DNA of 64,000 nucleotides from Candidatus Eiseniibacteriota bacterium (GTDB lineage Bacteria; Eisenbacteria; RBG-16-71-46): NCBI GenBank assembly GCA_963744995.1, contig CAVUWA010000011.1, positions 320,001 to 384,000 of the forward strand, read 5' to 3'. Shown piece by piece: positions 28,780 to 39,900 of this stretch (position 1 is its first letter; each line of letters starts with the position of its first letter). The notes under the pieces were generated by a model. It saw only the letters and a program-made list of their open reading frames with translations, ran no database searches and was not told where the DNA came from. The position numbers and the translations under genes were made by a program.

Positions 28780-29823
28780 TCAGCCGCCTTCGACCCCGGC
28801 GATGTTCTGGATCTCGGTCACCCCGCTCGGGGTCAGGTCCTGGACCGCTTCGAGGAAGTTCTTGTTCACCAGCCGTTTGGCCCGCTGGAGCAGGAGCGGC
28901 ACCGGACTCGCCGGCTCGTATTTCGAATACCAGTCACAGACCTGGTCGAGCGTCCGGATCACGTCCTCGCGACTCTGGATCGGTCCGCTCATCGCCGGCA
29001 TCACCCCCGTCACGGCGGCCGCGCCGCCTTCGCTGGCACCGCCCTCAACGGCCGCCGCCTCGCCGGAGCCGAGGCCCCGGCGGGACAGCTGCTGCTGGAG
29101 CAGCACGTGAATCGTCTTGAGCGTCGAGCGCAGCCCGGAGAGGTCCGCGCTCGAGGCCGCACCCACCGCCATGGACAGCGCCGTATCGAGCCCGTCCGTC
29201 GCCTCGAGCGCCGCCGCGGCGCCCGCGGCCGTCGCCTCCAGTTCCGTGCCGTCCATGTCGAGGAATGCGGCCTCGATCGTGGTCTGGTCCGGAACGCTGT
29301 CCACGCCTGCCGGCTTCGGCAGGACGCCGGTCGCGACTTCCCAGTCGCGCAGGCCGAAACTGCCCATGCGGCGCGAGTTGGCGAGCGGCAGCATGCGCAG
29401 CGTGCGCACCGTCGTATCGGGGTCGGAAAGCCCGGCGACCGTGTTCACGCGCAGGGTCGGGTCGTTGTCGTCGTCGGGATCGAGCTTCGGATGGACGTGG
29501 TCCCACAGCCGCTCGACCAGGCCGCGATTCATGACCAGCCCCTCGGCGAAGCCGCCGAGCCCGTCGGTGTGCGCCAGCGCGCGCGTCAGGTAGACGCCGA
29601 CCCTGAGGTCGCGGGTGCGGGCGCAGAGATCCAGGCAACGCTTCTTCACGTCGCGCCAGTCGGGGGGCTCGCCGGGGATCACCTCGCCACCCATTTCCTG
29701 CTCCGGCTTGCCGGCCGCCGCGCGGGTCATCTCCATGAAGGCGGCGTCGTATTCCAGGTCTTCGCCCGAAGGATTGTCGGGCGAGATTTCGCTGAGGAGC
29801 TTCTCGACGTCGATCGCGCTCAT
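28780..29823 (-). CDS. tssA: T6SS TssA (ImpA N-terminal domain)
   Basis: PSGEDLEYD, TRDLRV, WDHVHP, IQSREDV and EPASPVP motifs. Confidence 0.94.
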   Translation of the reverse strand: MSAIDVEKLLSEISPDNPSGEDLEYDAAFMEMTRAAAGKPEQEMGGEVIPGEPPDWRDVKKRCLDLCARTRDLRVGVYLTRALAHTDGLGGFAEGLVMNRGLVERLWDHVHPKLDPDDDNDPTLRVNTVAGLSDPDTTVRTLRMLPLANSRRMGSFGLRDWEVATGVLPKPAGVDSVPDQTTIEAAFLDMDGTELEATAAGAAAALEATDGLDTALSMAVGAASSADLSGLRSTLKTIHVLLQQQLSRRGLGSGEAAAVEGGASEGGAAAVTGVMPAMSGPIQSREDVIRTLDQVCDWYSKYEPASPVPLLLQRAKRLVNKNFLEAVQDLTPSGVTEIQNIAGVEGG

Positions 29824-30152
29824 GGGCCCGTCCAGAAAGGAGGGTGTGGCGCCGATCCGGCGGCCGCTCGGATCGCGGGCGCGCCATCCTGGCGCGCTGA
29901 CGGAGCAGATTAGTGCAGCGGGGCTTAGGGGTTCAAGCGCGGGAGCGGGCCCCTGACCTTTTTCCCCGCGCGGGCCGGGCCGGCCGGGCGCCCGCGCCGG
30001 GGGTGGCCCCGGCGCCAGGCCCCGCGCGCGCCGTCCCGCCGGGTTTCCCAGAGGAATCCGTCACAGCTTCCGGTCTCCCGCCGTAGCCCCGAAAGCGCCT
30101 CGCGAGGCCCCGACAACTTCATGCTTCTCTCACCTTCACGGAGGCCCCACCG

Positions 30153-30545
30153 ATGAACCTGCGCAAGCTGTTGCTGCTCGCCGTCGTCGCTCTTGCCATT
30201 CCGGCCGTCCCTGCGATCGCGGACGGACTCGGCCCTCCCGGCGGCACGATCTACGCGCACGACGTCGCGTACCGCACCGTCGGGACGCCGAACGACCTGC
30301 CGGACCAGGGTCCGTTCAATCCGATCTGGGTGCTCGGCAACGGGCTCGGCTCGGTCACCGACGCCGCACCCGGCGACGCGAACTACCACGGCGGTCGCTG
30401 GGAGGTGCGCATGGTCACCTTCAACGTGGCGCCGGTTCAGTACACCAACGCCGAAGACCTGCAGGCGGCCGCGAATCGTGGCGACATCACGATCGGACCG
30501 ATCGTGCGTCACTTCGAGTGCCCGCTGATCCGCAAGCGTAACTAG
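30153..30545 (+). CDS. Small secreted hypothetical protein
   Basis: GGAGG RBS, clear signal peptide (MNLRKLLLLAVVALAIPAVPAIA), downstream hairpin. Confidence 0.8.
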   Translation: MNLRKLLLLAVVALAIPAVPAIADGLGPPGGTIYAHDVAYRTVGTPNDLPDQGPFNPIWVLGNGLGSVTDAAPGDANYHGGRWEVRMVTFNVAPVQYTNAEDLQAAANRGDITIGPIVRHFECPLIRKRN

Positions 30546-30592
30546 CCGGCATCGCGCCCGGCCGTCCCATGCGCGGCCGGAACGAGGGAAAG

Positions 30593-30618
30593 CCCCCGCG
30601 GAAGCGATTCCGCGGGGG
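30593..30618. terminator. Hairpin between convergent genes, probable terminator
   Basis: CCCCCGCGGAA-GCGA-TTCCGCGGGGG, an 11-bp stem with a GNRA loop. Confidence 0.65.
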
Positions 30619-30660
30619 TCTCGTGCGTGCGGTGCGGGCATCCTGCAGCCCGTGCCGAGG

Positions 30661-32613
30661 TCAGTCCCCTTCGAGCGGCTGCTTCTGTTGTTCCGCGCCC
30701 CGCTCGGCGAGCACGAGAGTCGTCCCGATCTCCTGCACGCGATCAAACGCGGCCTTGAGCGGGGCATACCCTTCTGCCGGGACTTCGAGGCGCCCGCCCC
30801 GGCCGAGCTCGAACCGCCGGCACGAGTCCACCGTGCGGCCCGCCGCACGCCACTCCGCCGTGCAAGCCCCGATCCCGGCGATGTCGATCCGCCCGAGAGA
30901 GTCCCGCGCAGCAACCGTCAGACCTGGATCGAGCTCGACATGAACCGAGTCGATCTCAAGAACGGGTGCCGCAAACCGCACCGGCGACCATCGCCCCGAT
31001 TGCACGAAAGGGCTCCGGCTCCCCACCTCGAAAAAGAACGGAGAGAACAGCAGATCTCTCCCCGCCACGCGAGCGTAGTCCGGAACGTGGATCCAGTATT
31101 GCCACCCGTATCGGCCCACGGAGTCGTCGTATGCCGCGACCGAAAGGCTGTCGAGCTCGGCGCCGGGGAAGGTGTCGAGCACGCGTTTGCGGATCAAGTC
31201 GATTTGCTGATCCAGGCGTCCCTGACCGTCCCTGCTCCATTGTCGCATTGCGGCCTCGCCGTGGAACTCGACGCGGATGTCCCCGCGAAGGCTCCCGTCT
31301 CCGGACATCCTCAGCCGGGCCCGGCGCAGCGTGCGCGAGTTCTCAAGAGGGGGCATCGGCAGCCGGGCCACCCTCGGAGACATGGGGAATGCCAGGAGTG
31401 CGGGCTGGCCCTGATCCTCCCACCAGGGCCACCCGGGAAGCGAGCCCGGCGTGCCCGGATCGTAATAGCGCCATCCGCCCCGTCCGGAGACGGCCACGAG
31501 CAACTTCGTGAATCGGTTGGCCGTCACCATTTCACTGTCGAAGGCGGCGTGGCCGGCCGGGAGCCGCAACACGGGAACGACCGTGAGGCCGGCCGCTCTT
31601 GCCAGCGCTGCGAAGAGCCTCGTGATCGAGAGAGCACTTGCGCTGTCCGAGTCCAGCAGCTGGGGCGCGAGATTTCCCCAGTCGCCCTGGTCGAGGACGG
31701 GAGGAGTTCCAGAGCGCTTCGTTGCGGTCGTCGTGTCGGCGGAACTCCTGCGACAGAACCTGAAGATTCGGTTGGCAATCTCTTCCGGGTCCTGCGAGTC
31801 ACCGGCCAGACGGCCAGCCAGCTCGGTCAATTTCGAGGTCGGCTTCGTCGCACGGTCGAACTCGGGAACGAAAGTTGCGGTGACACGGCTCCATGCGGAA
31901 GCGGCATCGGACACGGTCCGGTCCCGATAGTGGCCCACCAGCGTGAGGCGGGACTCTTCCGGGCCCGGCATCAGAGGCTCGACTCGAAATGCGGGCAGGT
32001 CGCGAACCTCGTAGGTCTTCAGGCCGCCGCCAGCGGTGCCCAGTGACTCGACCCGTCCGTAGGTATTGTTCCAGCGAACGACGAAGGTCGCCTCTCCCCA
32101 GGGCCTGACCCGGATCCTCAGATGCCGGACGGGAAGGTCGAGCTGACACGGGAACCACAGGTCGGACACGCTCGCGGGATCGACGTACCGAGCACGTAGC
32201 CAATACTCGATGACCGACCCGGGCACGACCCCTGGAATGGCATACGCCCTGGCCTTGAGCACGTGATTCCCGGACTGGAATACGATCGCGTCGTACATCT
32301 TGTCGATCGAGATCGTGCGGGTCCTGCCTCCTGGATCCGTGCAGCGAATGCGGACGTCCTCGACAGTCATCCGCGCGTCGTAGGGGATGGAGCCCTGTGC
32401 CTGCGCCTGCGCGCCGGCCTGGGTGAGGACCTGGACTCGCATGTCCTGCTGGATTTCGCGAGAAAAGCCCTGCGGGATGACACTGTCGATGACCCGAACG
32501 TCCCAATCCACGATCTCGGCGTCCGTCGGCGCCGCGGCCGCCGCCGATGCAGCGGCCGCGATCTTCGCGGATGCCCCCGCGACGGCCAGGATGGCGGCCA
32601 GGAGCCATGCCAT
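30661..32613 (-). CDS. DUF3857 / transglutaminase-like exported protein (catalytic Cys apparently absent)
   Basis: Signal peptide, IPGVVPGSVIEY, EPLMP and YYDPG motifs. Paralogous to the two upstream genes. Confidence 0.75.
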   Translation of the reverse strand: MAWLLAAILAVAGASAKIAAAASAAAAAPTDAEIVDWDVRVIDSVIPQGFSREIQQDMRVQVLTQAGAQAQAQGSIPYDARMTVEDVRIRCTDPGGRTRTISIDKMYDAIVFQSGNHVLKARAYAIPGVVPGSVIEYWLRARYVDPASVSDLWFPCQLDLPVRHLRIRVRPWGEATFVVRWNNTYGRVESLGTAGGGLKTYEVRDLPAFRVEPLMPGPEESRLTLVGHYRDRTVSDAASAWSRVTATFVPEFDRATKPTSKLTELAGRLAGDSQDPEEIANRIFRFCRRSSADTTTATKRSGTPPVLDQGDWGNLAPQLLDSDSASALSITRLFAALARAAGLTVVPVLRLPAGHAAFDSEMVTANRFTKLLVAVSGRGGWRYYDPGTPGSLPGWPWWEDQGQPALLAFPMSPRVARLPMPPLENSRTLRRARLRMSGDGSLRGDIRVEFHGEAAMRQWSRDGQGRLDQQIDLIRKRVLDTFPGAELDSLSVAAYDDSVGRYGWQYWIHVPDYARVAGRDLLFSPFFFEVGSRSPFVQSGRWSPVRFAAPVLEIDSVHVELDPGLTVAARDSLGRIDIAGIGACTAEWRAAGRTVDSCRRFELGRGGRLEVPAEGYAPLKAAFDRVQEIGTTLVLAERGAEQQKQPLEGD

Positions 32614-32765
32614 GCCGGAGCGGCGAAACGCTCGAACCGGGCCGAACGGCACGCGGCACCATCTTGCACGCGTGGATATGGGCAGGATACTCCCGGGTTC
32701 GCACCGCCGCGGGCTTGCGGAGGCCTCGGAGGGCCTGCCATCGGCCTCCAACCGAAACGCGCCGC

Positions 32766-34751
32766 TCACGACCCGCCGTGCAGCAGCACCAGCGCGGTCT
32801 CGCCGCGCCGCACCGACTTGAGGAAGGCCCGCACCTCGGCGTAGCGATCCGGCGGCAGCGTCGTGCGCCGGGTCTCGAGCGTCCGGGTGAAGTGCACGTT
32901 CCCGTCGTGGAACGTGTAGGACGTGCGGTAGGTCGCGAAGTCGGTGTCGAGCGCGATCGCCTCGGGGAATTCCTCGACTTCCCACGACGACGGCAGCTCG
33001 ATCGTCACGTCTACCTCGTTCGATTCCGCTTCGAATTCGATGGGCTGGGTTCGCTCGGCGCCCGAGAACCCGAACCGATCGCGTCTCGAGACGAGCATCG
33101 GGCAGATCGCCTGAAGCCCGGCCGACAGCCGCTTCCCGTAGTGCTCGGCGGTGACGTGCAGGTCGAGATCGAAACCGCCGCCGACCGGGTCGTCCTGGAC
33201 GGCCAGCCTGTCCACCATGGCCCCGGCGATGCCGCGCGCGACCCAGTTCTCGATCGCGCGCCGGTAGTCGGCCTGGTTGAAGCCGTGCCGCCACGACCGC
33301 TCGTCGCGCGCCGCGGTGCCGCCGCTCGACTCGTGGATATCCGCCGAGATCCGCCCGCCGGCATCGAGCTTCACCCGCATGGTGCGCCGCATGGCGTTGG
33401 CCGCCGGCGCCGTCACCGGCATGCGGGTCAGGTCCTCCTCGCCGCGCCGTACGATTAGCGCGAGACTGCCCTGCTCCGACTCGGGCAGGCCGCCGAGCGG
33501 CGTCCACGGATCCGTCGGATCGAACACGATCAACGGGCCCAGCGCCGGGTGGTCGAAGCGAGTCGCCAGCGAGTCCCCCGCCGGAGCGCGAATCGCGATG
33601 ATGCAGTGATTGAACTGCTGCGGCGAGGGCCACGGTTCGCGCACGAACGCGGGGTTCCCGGAGTAGATGCTCACCAGCCAGGCCGGAACGTCGACGGCCG
33701 CGAGCATCGCCCGCATCAGATTCGCCTTGTCCTTGCAGTCGCCGTAGCCTTTCTCGAGGACCAGCGACGGCGCGTGCGGCCGGTACCCGCCACCGCGCCC
33801 CACCCCGGTCTGGATCGACACGTAGTTGAGCCCCTGCACGTACTCGCCGATCGCGCGGATCCGCTCCAGGTCCGTGCTGCGGCCGTCGACCAGTTCATGC
33901 GCCCGTTCGCGCAGCGCCTCGTCCGGCGTGGCCAGGTCGTCCGACAGCGAGGCCAGCCAGTCGGAGACCTGCGTCCACGACGTGAAACTCGCTGCCGCGC
34001 CGGCGTGTTCCGGCGCGTCGGGCACGATGCTGACGGCGACCCGCGGAACCAGTGCGCTCAGCGGTGGCGACGAGGGTTCGTCCGGCACGGCGGGGAGGTC
34101 GCGCAACTCCCAGGCCGTGGCGTCTTCAAAGGTCTGCGCGGTGATGGGCTCGTGGTTCAACACGATGCCGGTCGTGCGCCACGCGGCCGGCACGCGGACC
34201 GTCAGGCGCGCGAGGCGCACCGGCAGGGCGTCCTGAAACGCCCAGTCGAACTGTAGGAACGGCGTGCGCATCTCCGTGGTCCACTCGTAGCCGAACACGG
34301 TGCCGGGCTCCGCCTGCGCCGCGGCGGAGAGGCCCCGGACGCGCGCCTCGTCGTAGACGTCGTCCGGATTGAGTCTCGCGTCCACCCACTCCTTCTTCCC
34401 GAACGGCCGGGTCCGCTCGCCGGGTCCGAGCAGCCAGCCGAGCATGTCGGTGACCTTGCCGCCGTCGGTCAGGTACACCGCGGCGCATGCCGCCTCTTCG
34501 CGGCCCTCGGCATGGAGTACACGAATCGCGCCGCGCTCGGAGACCCGGAATCGGTCGCCGGACTTCACCTCGACCGTGCGATCGCGGAGGAGCACGACGG
34601 CCCCGACGTCGGATGCGTATTCGGGGGTCGGTTGGGCGGCCGCCTCGCGCAGCCAGTCCGGTGGCTGGTCCGACGCCTGTGCCGAGAGCGCGGCGCACGC
34701 GAGCGCCAGCAGCGTCACGAGCGCCGCGGACGCCTGCCGCGGGCGGCGCAT
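32766..34751 (-). CDS. DUF3857 + transglutaminase-like protein with an intact Cys-His-Asp triad
   Basis: GYGDCKDKANL, QFNHCI and FDPT motifs, with a signal peptide. Confidence 0.88.
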   Translation of the reverse strand: MRRPRQASAALVTLLALACAALSAQASDQPPDWLREAAAQPTPEYASDVGAVVLLRDRTVEVKSGDRFRVSERGAIRVLHAEGREEAACAAVYLTDGGKVTDMLGWLLGPGERTRPFGKKEWVDARLNPDDVYDEARVRGLSAAAQAEPGTVFGYEWTTEMRTPFLQFDWAFQDALPVRLARLTVRVPAAWRTTGIVLNHEPITAQTFEDATAWELRDLPAVPDEPSSPPLSALVPRVAVSIVPDAPEHAGAAASFTSWTQVSDWLASLSDDLATPDEALRERAHELVDGRSTDLERIRAIGEYVQGLNYVSIQTGVGRGGGYRPHAPSLVLEKGYGDCKDKANLMRAMLAAVDVPAWLVSIYSGNPAFVREPWPSPQQFNHCIIAIRAPAGDSLATRFDHPALGPLIVFDPTDPWTPLGGLPESEQGSLALIVRRGEEDLTRMPVTAPAANAMRRTMRVKLDAGGRISADIHESSGGTAARDERSWRHGFNQADYRRAIENWVARGIAGAMVDRLAVQDDPVGGGFDLDLHVTAEHYGKRLSAGLQAICPMLVSRRDRFGFSGAERTQPIEFEAESNEVDVTIELPSSWEVEEFPEAIALDTDFATYRTSYTFHDGNVHFTRTLETRRTTLPPDRYAEVRAFLKSVRRGETALVLLHGGS

Positions 34752-36748
34752 CACTCGCCGCCCGGCTCGTGCAGCGTCAGCGTGAACTCGTCGCGCTCGT
34801 GGAACATGTCGAACGCGCCGCGCAGGGCCTCGTAGCTGTCCCTCGGAAAACAGATCGTGCCGCCGTCGCCGAAGCGAAGCTGCCGTACGTAGACGATCTC
34901 CCGGGCGTCCGGGCTGAGCCGCGCGCTGGCCACGTAGACGCCGACGCCGGGCACCTCGACCGGCTTCGGCTGATCCGCCGCATCGACCACGAATCCCGGG
35001 GGCAGCTCGATCCAGACCGAGTCCACCTCGGCCCACGGGTAGGCGAAGCAGATCGGGTAGCGGCGCGTGTGGGCCGTGAACGGCGGCGTGCCCCCGTGCG
35101 TGAAGACGCCCGGCTGCACCAGCAGGCGCCGGCCGACCCGGGTGGCGTAGTCGGGCACGCGGACGTGCAGCGTCTCTTCGTAGCGCAGCGTCGTGTCCGG
35201 CAGGTCCGTTTCCACCTGGACGTCGGACACCTCCGCCGTGGGCAGCCGCTCGTGCACGCGGTCGGTGATGTCCTGCTCGCGCTGCTGCAGGGATTCATCG
35301 GCCTCGCGCCGCCGCCGCGTGTCGTTGGCGTGTCCCGTGAGCACCATGTGCACGTCGCCTTCGAGCGTGCCGTCGGCGTCCAGGCGGAAGTGCGCTTGGC
35401 GCATGGTGAGGCTGTATGCGGGCGGTCGGATGGGCGTGTCGATGATCCGCGCGCTGTCCCGATCGCACAGCAGGGCCGCGGTGCCTTCCTGCGGCCAGCG
35501 CAGTCCGGCGAACGGGGCCGTGGGCGAGCCCGGGTCGAACAGCTTCCAGGCGCCATCGAGCCGCACCGCGATCAGCGGGCGGTCGAGCCCGACCTCCACC
35601 ATCAGCGACGGATCGAAGAAGCGCCGGGTCCGGCTCGCGGCCATCGCCAGCCGCACGTCGAACCCGGCCGCGCGCGCGAGCGCGCCGAAGAGGAGGTTGA
35701 CGTCCGTGTCCCCGCCCGCGCCGTGGGCCAGCACGTCAGCCGCGCTCCTGTTCGGGCGAACGTTCTCGTCGTCGACGGGGCGCCCCTCGCGCGCGGCGTT
35801 GGTGCGGTTGTCCACGTTGCGCCGGCACCAGTCGAACAGGCGCTGCAGCCGCTCGGCCGGGGCGCCGTTCGTCTCGGCGACCGTCGCCGCCACGTCCTTC
35901 ATGTTGCGGTTCGCGCGGCACATGCCGTCGAACCAGTCGGCGTCTCTCCTGCCGGCGTCGTGCCAGAACTTCGCCGGCGAATCGGGCTGGCCGGCCGAGT
36001 AGTAGACGAGAATCGCCGCCTGCACCTGATCCCGCGGCGGCATGTAGGGCTCTTCGACGAAGGCGGGCTTGACGTGGACGGAGGTGGTGTAGAAGCCGCC
36101 CACGCCGGGCTGGAACTGCGGCACCCCCGTGTTCAGGCCGACGTAGCGCATCTCGTACGTGGTCGAGGGCACCGGCCGGATGTGGTAGCGGACGACCGCG
36201 GCGGGGACGTCGAGCTGCAGCGGCAGAAGCACGTAGTGCGCCAACCAGTCGTGGCGGGTCTCGCGGTAGCGGTACTCCACGATGGATCCCGCGGTCACGT
36301 TGGGAATGGCGAACGTGGTCTTGCGCAGCTCCTCGTCGGAGGTCTTGAGCTCGGTCGTCTTGAAGACCGCGTCGCCGCGCAGGTTCGACACCGTGCCGTC
36401 CGGCGCCACCGTTCGCGCGCTGACGAGGCTGATGCCGGAGCTGCGCGAGTGCCGGATCGATATGGTCGAGTACTTGTCGGCGCCGGCGTCGGTGAAGATC
36501 TTCACGCGCAGGTAGTGGTCGAGAACGGTGTCCTGCGAGTGGCCGGACGGACTGTCGTCGACGGTGACTTCCCAGAGCAGCGCCTCGGCGTCGGCGCCGG
36601 GATCGAAGCTGCACTTCTGCATCGCCAGCTCCGCCGGGGTCGGAGCGGTCCAGTTCCCCGCGAGCGCCGTCGCCGCGACGCAGGGGAGCGCCGCCAGCAG
36701 CGCGCCGAGGGCGGGTATGGAAGGGCGCGGCCGGTGGAACATCGTCAT
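34751..36748 (-). CDS. DUF3857 / transglutaminase-like exported protein (catalytic Cys/His apparently absent)
   Basis: RVKIFT, ARTVAPDG, IPNVTAGSIVEY, EEPYMPP and LFDPG motifs. GAGGDTDVNLL replaces GDCKD. Confidence 0.82.
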   Translation of the reverse strand: MTMFHRPRPSIPALGALLAALPCVAATALAGNWTAPTPAELAMQKCSFDPGADAEALLWEVTVDDSPSGHSQDTVLDHYLRVKIFTDAGADKYSTISIRHSRSSGISLVSARTVAPDGTVSNLRGDAVFKTTELKTSDEELRKTTFAIPNVTAGSIVEYRYRETRHDWLAHYVLLPLQLDVPAAVVRYHIRPVPSTTYEMRYVGLNTGVPQFQPGVGGFYTTSVHVKPAFVEEPYMPPRDQVQAAILVYYSAGQPDSPAKFWHDAGRRDADWFDGMCRANRNMKDVAATVAETNGAPAERLQRLFDWCRRNVDNRTNAAREGRPVDDENVRPNRSAADVLAHGAGGDTDVNLLFGALARAAGFDVRLAMAASRTRRFFDPSLMVEVGLDRPLIAVRLDGAWKLFDPGSPTAPFAGLRWPQEGTAALLCDRDSARIIDTPIRPPAYSLTMRQAHFRLDADGTLEGDVHMVLTGHANDTRRRREADESLQQREQDITDRVHERLPTAEVSDVQVETDLPDTTLRYEETLHVRVPDYATRVGRRLLVQPGVFTHGGTPPFTAHTRRYPICFAYPWAEVDSVWIELPPGFVVDAADQPKPVEVPGVGVYVASARLSPDAREIVYVRQLRFGDGGTICFPRDSYEALRGAFDMFHERDEFTLTLHEPGGE

Positions 36749-36958
36749 TCCGCCTTTTTCGAGCATTGTTCGATCGGGTGCGCGGCGCCGGGCCGGCGCA
36801 CCCGTCAGCGAGCCTACGCCCGGCCCCGGGTGCGTGCCAGTGACATTTCGCGGGGCTGCACAGGTCCGGGCGACGCCGCGCGGGCGCGCCTGCGACGTCT
36901 CGATGGAAGAATGCGCCGGGGCGGCGGAATGCACGCGGCGTGGGACCGCCGCGCCCCG

Positions 36959-39900
36959 CTACGGCGTCTCGGGGGGCACGACCTCGAGGAAGCCGCGCGC
37001 GAACGGGCTCTGGGTCGCGGTCGTCTTGAGATCCCACGTCATGCGGATGCGCGCGGCGTTCGCCGCGGTCAGCGTCCACGTGGCGCTCGCGCGGCCGGCG
37101 CTCGTGGTCACGCTGCTCGCCTGATCGAGCAGGCGGAACAGGCCCCACGGGCCGCTGGCCGATACCGGCGTCACGGCGATCGTCGTCGGCTCGCCCTTCC
37201 TGCGCTTCTTCTTCGGATCGTCGGGCGGCGCGGCCTGCGCGCGCAGCGCGGCGCCGGCGCCGGGATCCGGGCCCGGCCACGCCAGCGATTCGTCGCGCGG
37301 CGGGCCCATCGTGTAGGTGCGGCTCGCGCCGCCGCAGTCGAACGCCACCCAGCGCACCACCACGCCCGGGTCGTGCGGCGGCGGCGAGGCGCTGACGGTG
37401 AACGACAGGGCGGGAGTGGGCCCCGCGGCGAAGAACGCCTGCCGGATCGCGTGCGCCTTCGCCACGAAATCGACCATCGCCGGCGAGACCGGCGGCGCGT
37501 CGCCGCCTTTGGGCGTGCCGTCCTCGTTCATGAACGGCGCCAGGAACTGGTCGAAGAACTTCCAGAAGTAGCCTTCCCCGGAGAAGCACGCCGCGAACGC
37601 GTCGTAGCTCGCGTCGGGGCCGCCCGGATCGAACGGATAATGCCCGGCGAGGTCGTTCTGGAAGCGCTGCAGCACCTGGGCCTGCCACGCCGCGGCGACC
37701 CGCGGTCCGAGGCCGCGCTCGCGCACCGCGCGCCGGGCGGCGTCGACCGGTGCACGCAGCAGCCGTGCGACCGTGGGACCCGCCGGCGAGTCGGCGTAGT
37801 TCTCGCCGAGTCCATCGCACCACGTCACCAGCTCGAAGACGCCGTTGGTCTGATCGGGCGGCGGGCGCAGCAGATCCACCAGCTTCTGCAGCGGCGCCGC
37901 GGGGCCCAGCTTGGCGATGTCCTGCTGCGCGGCCGCGAGCATCTCGAGGTACTGGGCGTCGAGCGATTCGCGCAGCGTGGAGGGCGTGTTGCCGCGGCCG
38001 GGCAGCTTGCGCGCGATCTCGCCGAGCCACGATTTGGTGCGCTCGCCGAGCGAGCCCGGCGCTTCGAAGAACTCGCGCAGGATGCGGAAGTCCGTGCCGA
38101 TCCGCTCGAGCGGCGTGCCGGCGATCGCCAGGGCCTGCGTCTGGTCGCGGGCTCCGTGCAGCAGCCTGAACAGCGGCGAGTCGCCCTTGGCGAGCTGCGC
38201 GAGCTGGTCGGCGACGAGGTCCATGCTGCCGGGGGCGCCGTAGTCGACCGCGTCCAGGAACTCGACCCAGTGGTCGGTCACGTCGCGGGCGTAGAGCGCC
38301 TGCAGCTGGCGCGCGAGGTTCGGCGGATGCCCGCCGAACGCGTCGGCCATCACCGCGTCGCGCGCGAGCATGCGGCCGTACCAGGCCGTGCGCGGCTGGA
38401 TCTGATCCGTCCAGCCGCTGCTGGTGAACGCGCCGGGCACGGTCACCGCGTCGTGCATGAGCGTGGTCTGCCCCGCGATCTTCTCGAGCGTGAGCGGCTC
38501 GAGGCGGCGCGAGGCGTCGTCGATCATCTCGGCATAGAACGCCGCCGGCTGCCACTCGTCGCGCACGATCGGCGCCATCTGCGCGACCAGGGTGCGGTCC
38601 TGCTCGTGGATGTAGTCGCGCACGATTGCGGCGAAGTCGCGCGGATGCCGCGCGAGGAACTGCATCTGGCGCAGCACCAGCTCCGGATAGGCGCGACGGC
38701 CGGCGGCGTCGGCGCCGCCCAGCTCCAGGCGGTCGGCGAGCGCGCGCTTCACCTCGCGGGCGAGCACGTCGGCGTCCTCGACGTCCATGTCGCCCGGCCG
38801 GGTGAGCAGACGCCAGGCGCGGAAGCGGTAGAAGTCGCCGAGGAACGTGCCGGGCTCGCCGGCCACGCGCGCGCGCAGGCTGTCTTCCATGCGCTGCGCG
38901 GCCGGCTGCAGCACGTACTGCGCCATGCGCCGCATCCACAGCGTCACGGCCGGGTCGCGCACCGCGCCGCCGGCCCAGGCGCCGAGCGCGCGCGGCAGCG
39001 GCACGCTGCGGTCGATGCGGTCGACCTCGTCGGCGGCCGCGCTCAGGTCGTCGAGCGTGCGCAGGTTGTCGATCAGGGCGGTTTCGTCCGTGACGCGGTT
39101 CGCGACCTCGACGGCCGCGCGCTTCGCGTGGTTCACCACGCCATGGTTCGCGCACGACAGGCCCGAGAACAGCAGCGTCAACAGCAGCAGCGCGAGCCCG
39201 TACGCGCCCACCATGATCTGCTCGCCGCGCTTGAGCCGTCCCTGCGCGCCGCGCGACGCCGTCGCCAGCGCCGCGTCCGGGAACAGCACGTCGGTGAAGA
39301 AGTCGCGCACGAACCACGCGCCGCCGCGCGCCGCCGGCGGCGCCTCGGGCGGCCGCACGCTGAGACCGAGCGAGCGCACCGCGGGCTGCAGCACGCGGTC
39401 GGTGATCTCGCCGTCCTGCGCCGCCGCGGAGAAGTAGAAGCCGCGGAACAGCGGCGGTTCGGCCTCGGCCTGCGGCTCGAACAGGACGCGCAGGAAGCGG
39501 CGCAGATTGCCGCGCACGCGTTCGAACTGGAGCGGGAACGCGAACGCGCGCGCACGCTCGGACGGCGTCCCCGCCGCATTCATGCGTGGAATCCGCCGCT
39601 GCGCGAGCGAACCCAGCAGCAGGCCGAACTCCTCGTCGAACAGCGCCTCGGCCGACTGCGTGCGCGCGCGCTTCATGGGCAGCGTGGCGCCCCACGGCGC
39701 ACGACGCGCGGTGGCGTCGAGGGATTCGAAGTACTCGGCGAAGCCGGCGACGCGGTCGACCCGCGTGAACATCACGTAGACCGGGAACACCACGCCCAGG
39801 TGTTCGATCAGCTCCTCGATGCGCTCGCGCGCGCCGCGGGCGATGGAATCGATGCGCGCCTCGGGATGGTCGGCGAGCTGGTCGAGCGCGACCGCGACCA

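Noticed and set aside
13002..29823. Prophage or extracellular contractile injection system
   Set aside because: TssJLM, TssK, TssA and ClpV are present, and there is no capsid, terminase, integrase or tape measure gene.
29907..29936. Candidate tssA promoter TTGAAC-18bp-TAATCT
   Set aside because: Plausible, but a weak match with a long spacer. Not supported enough to call.
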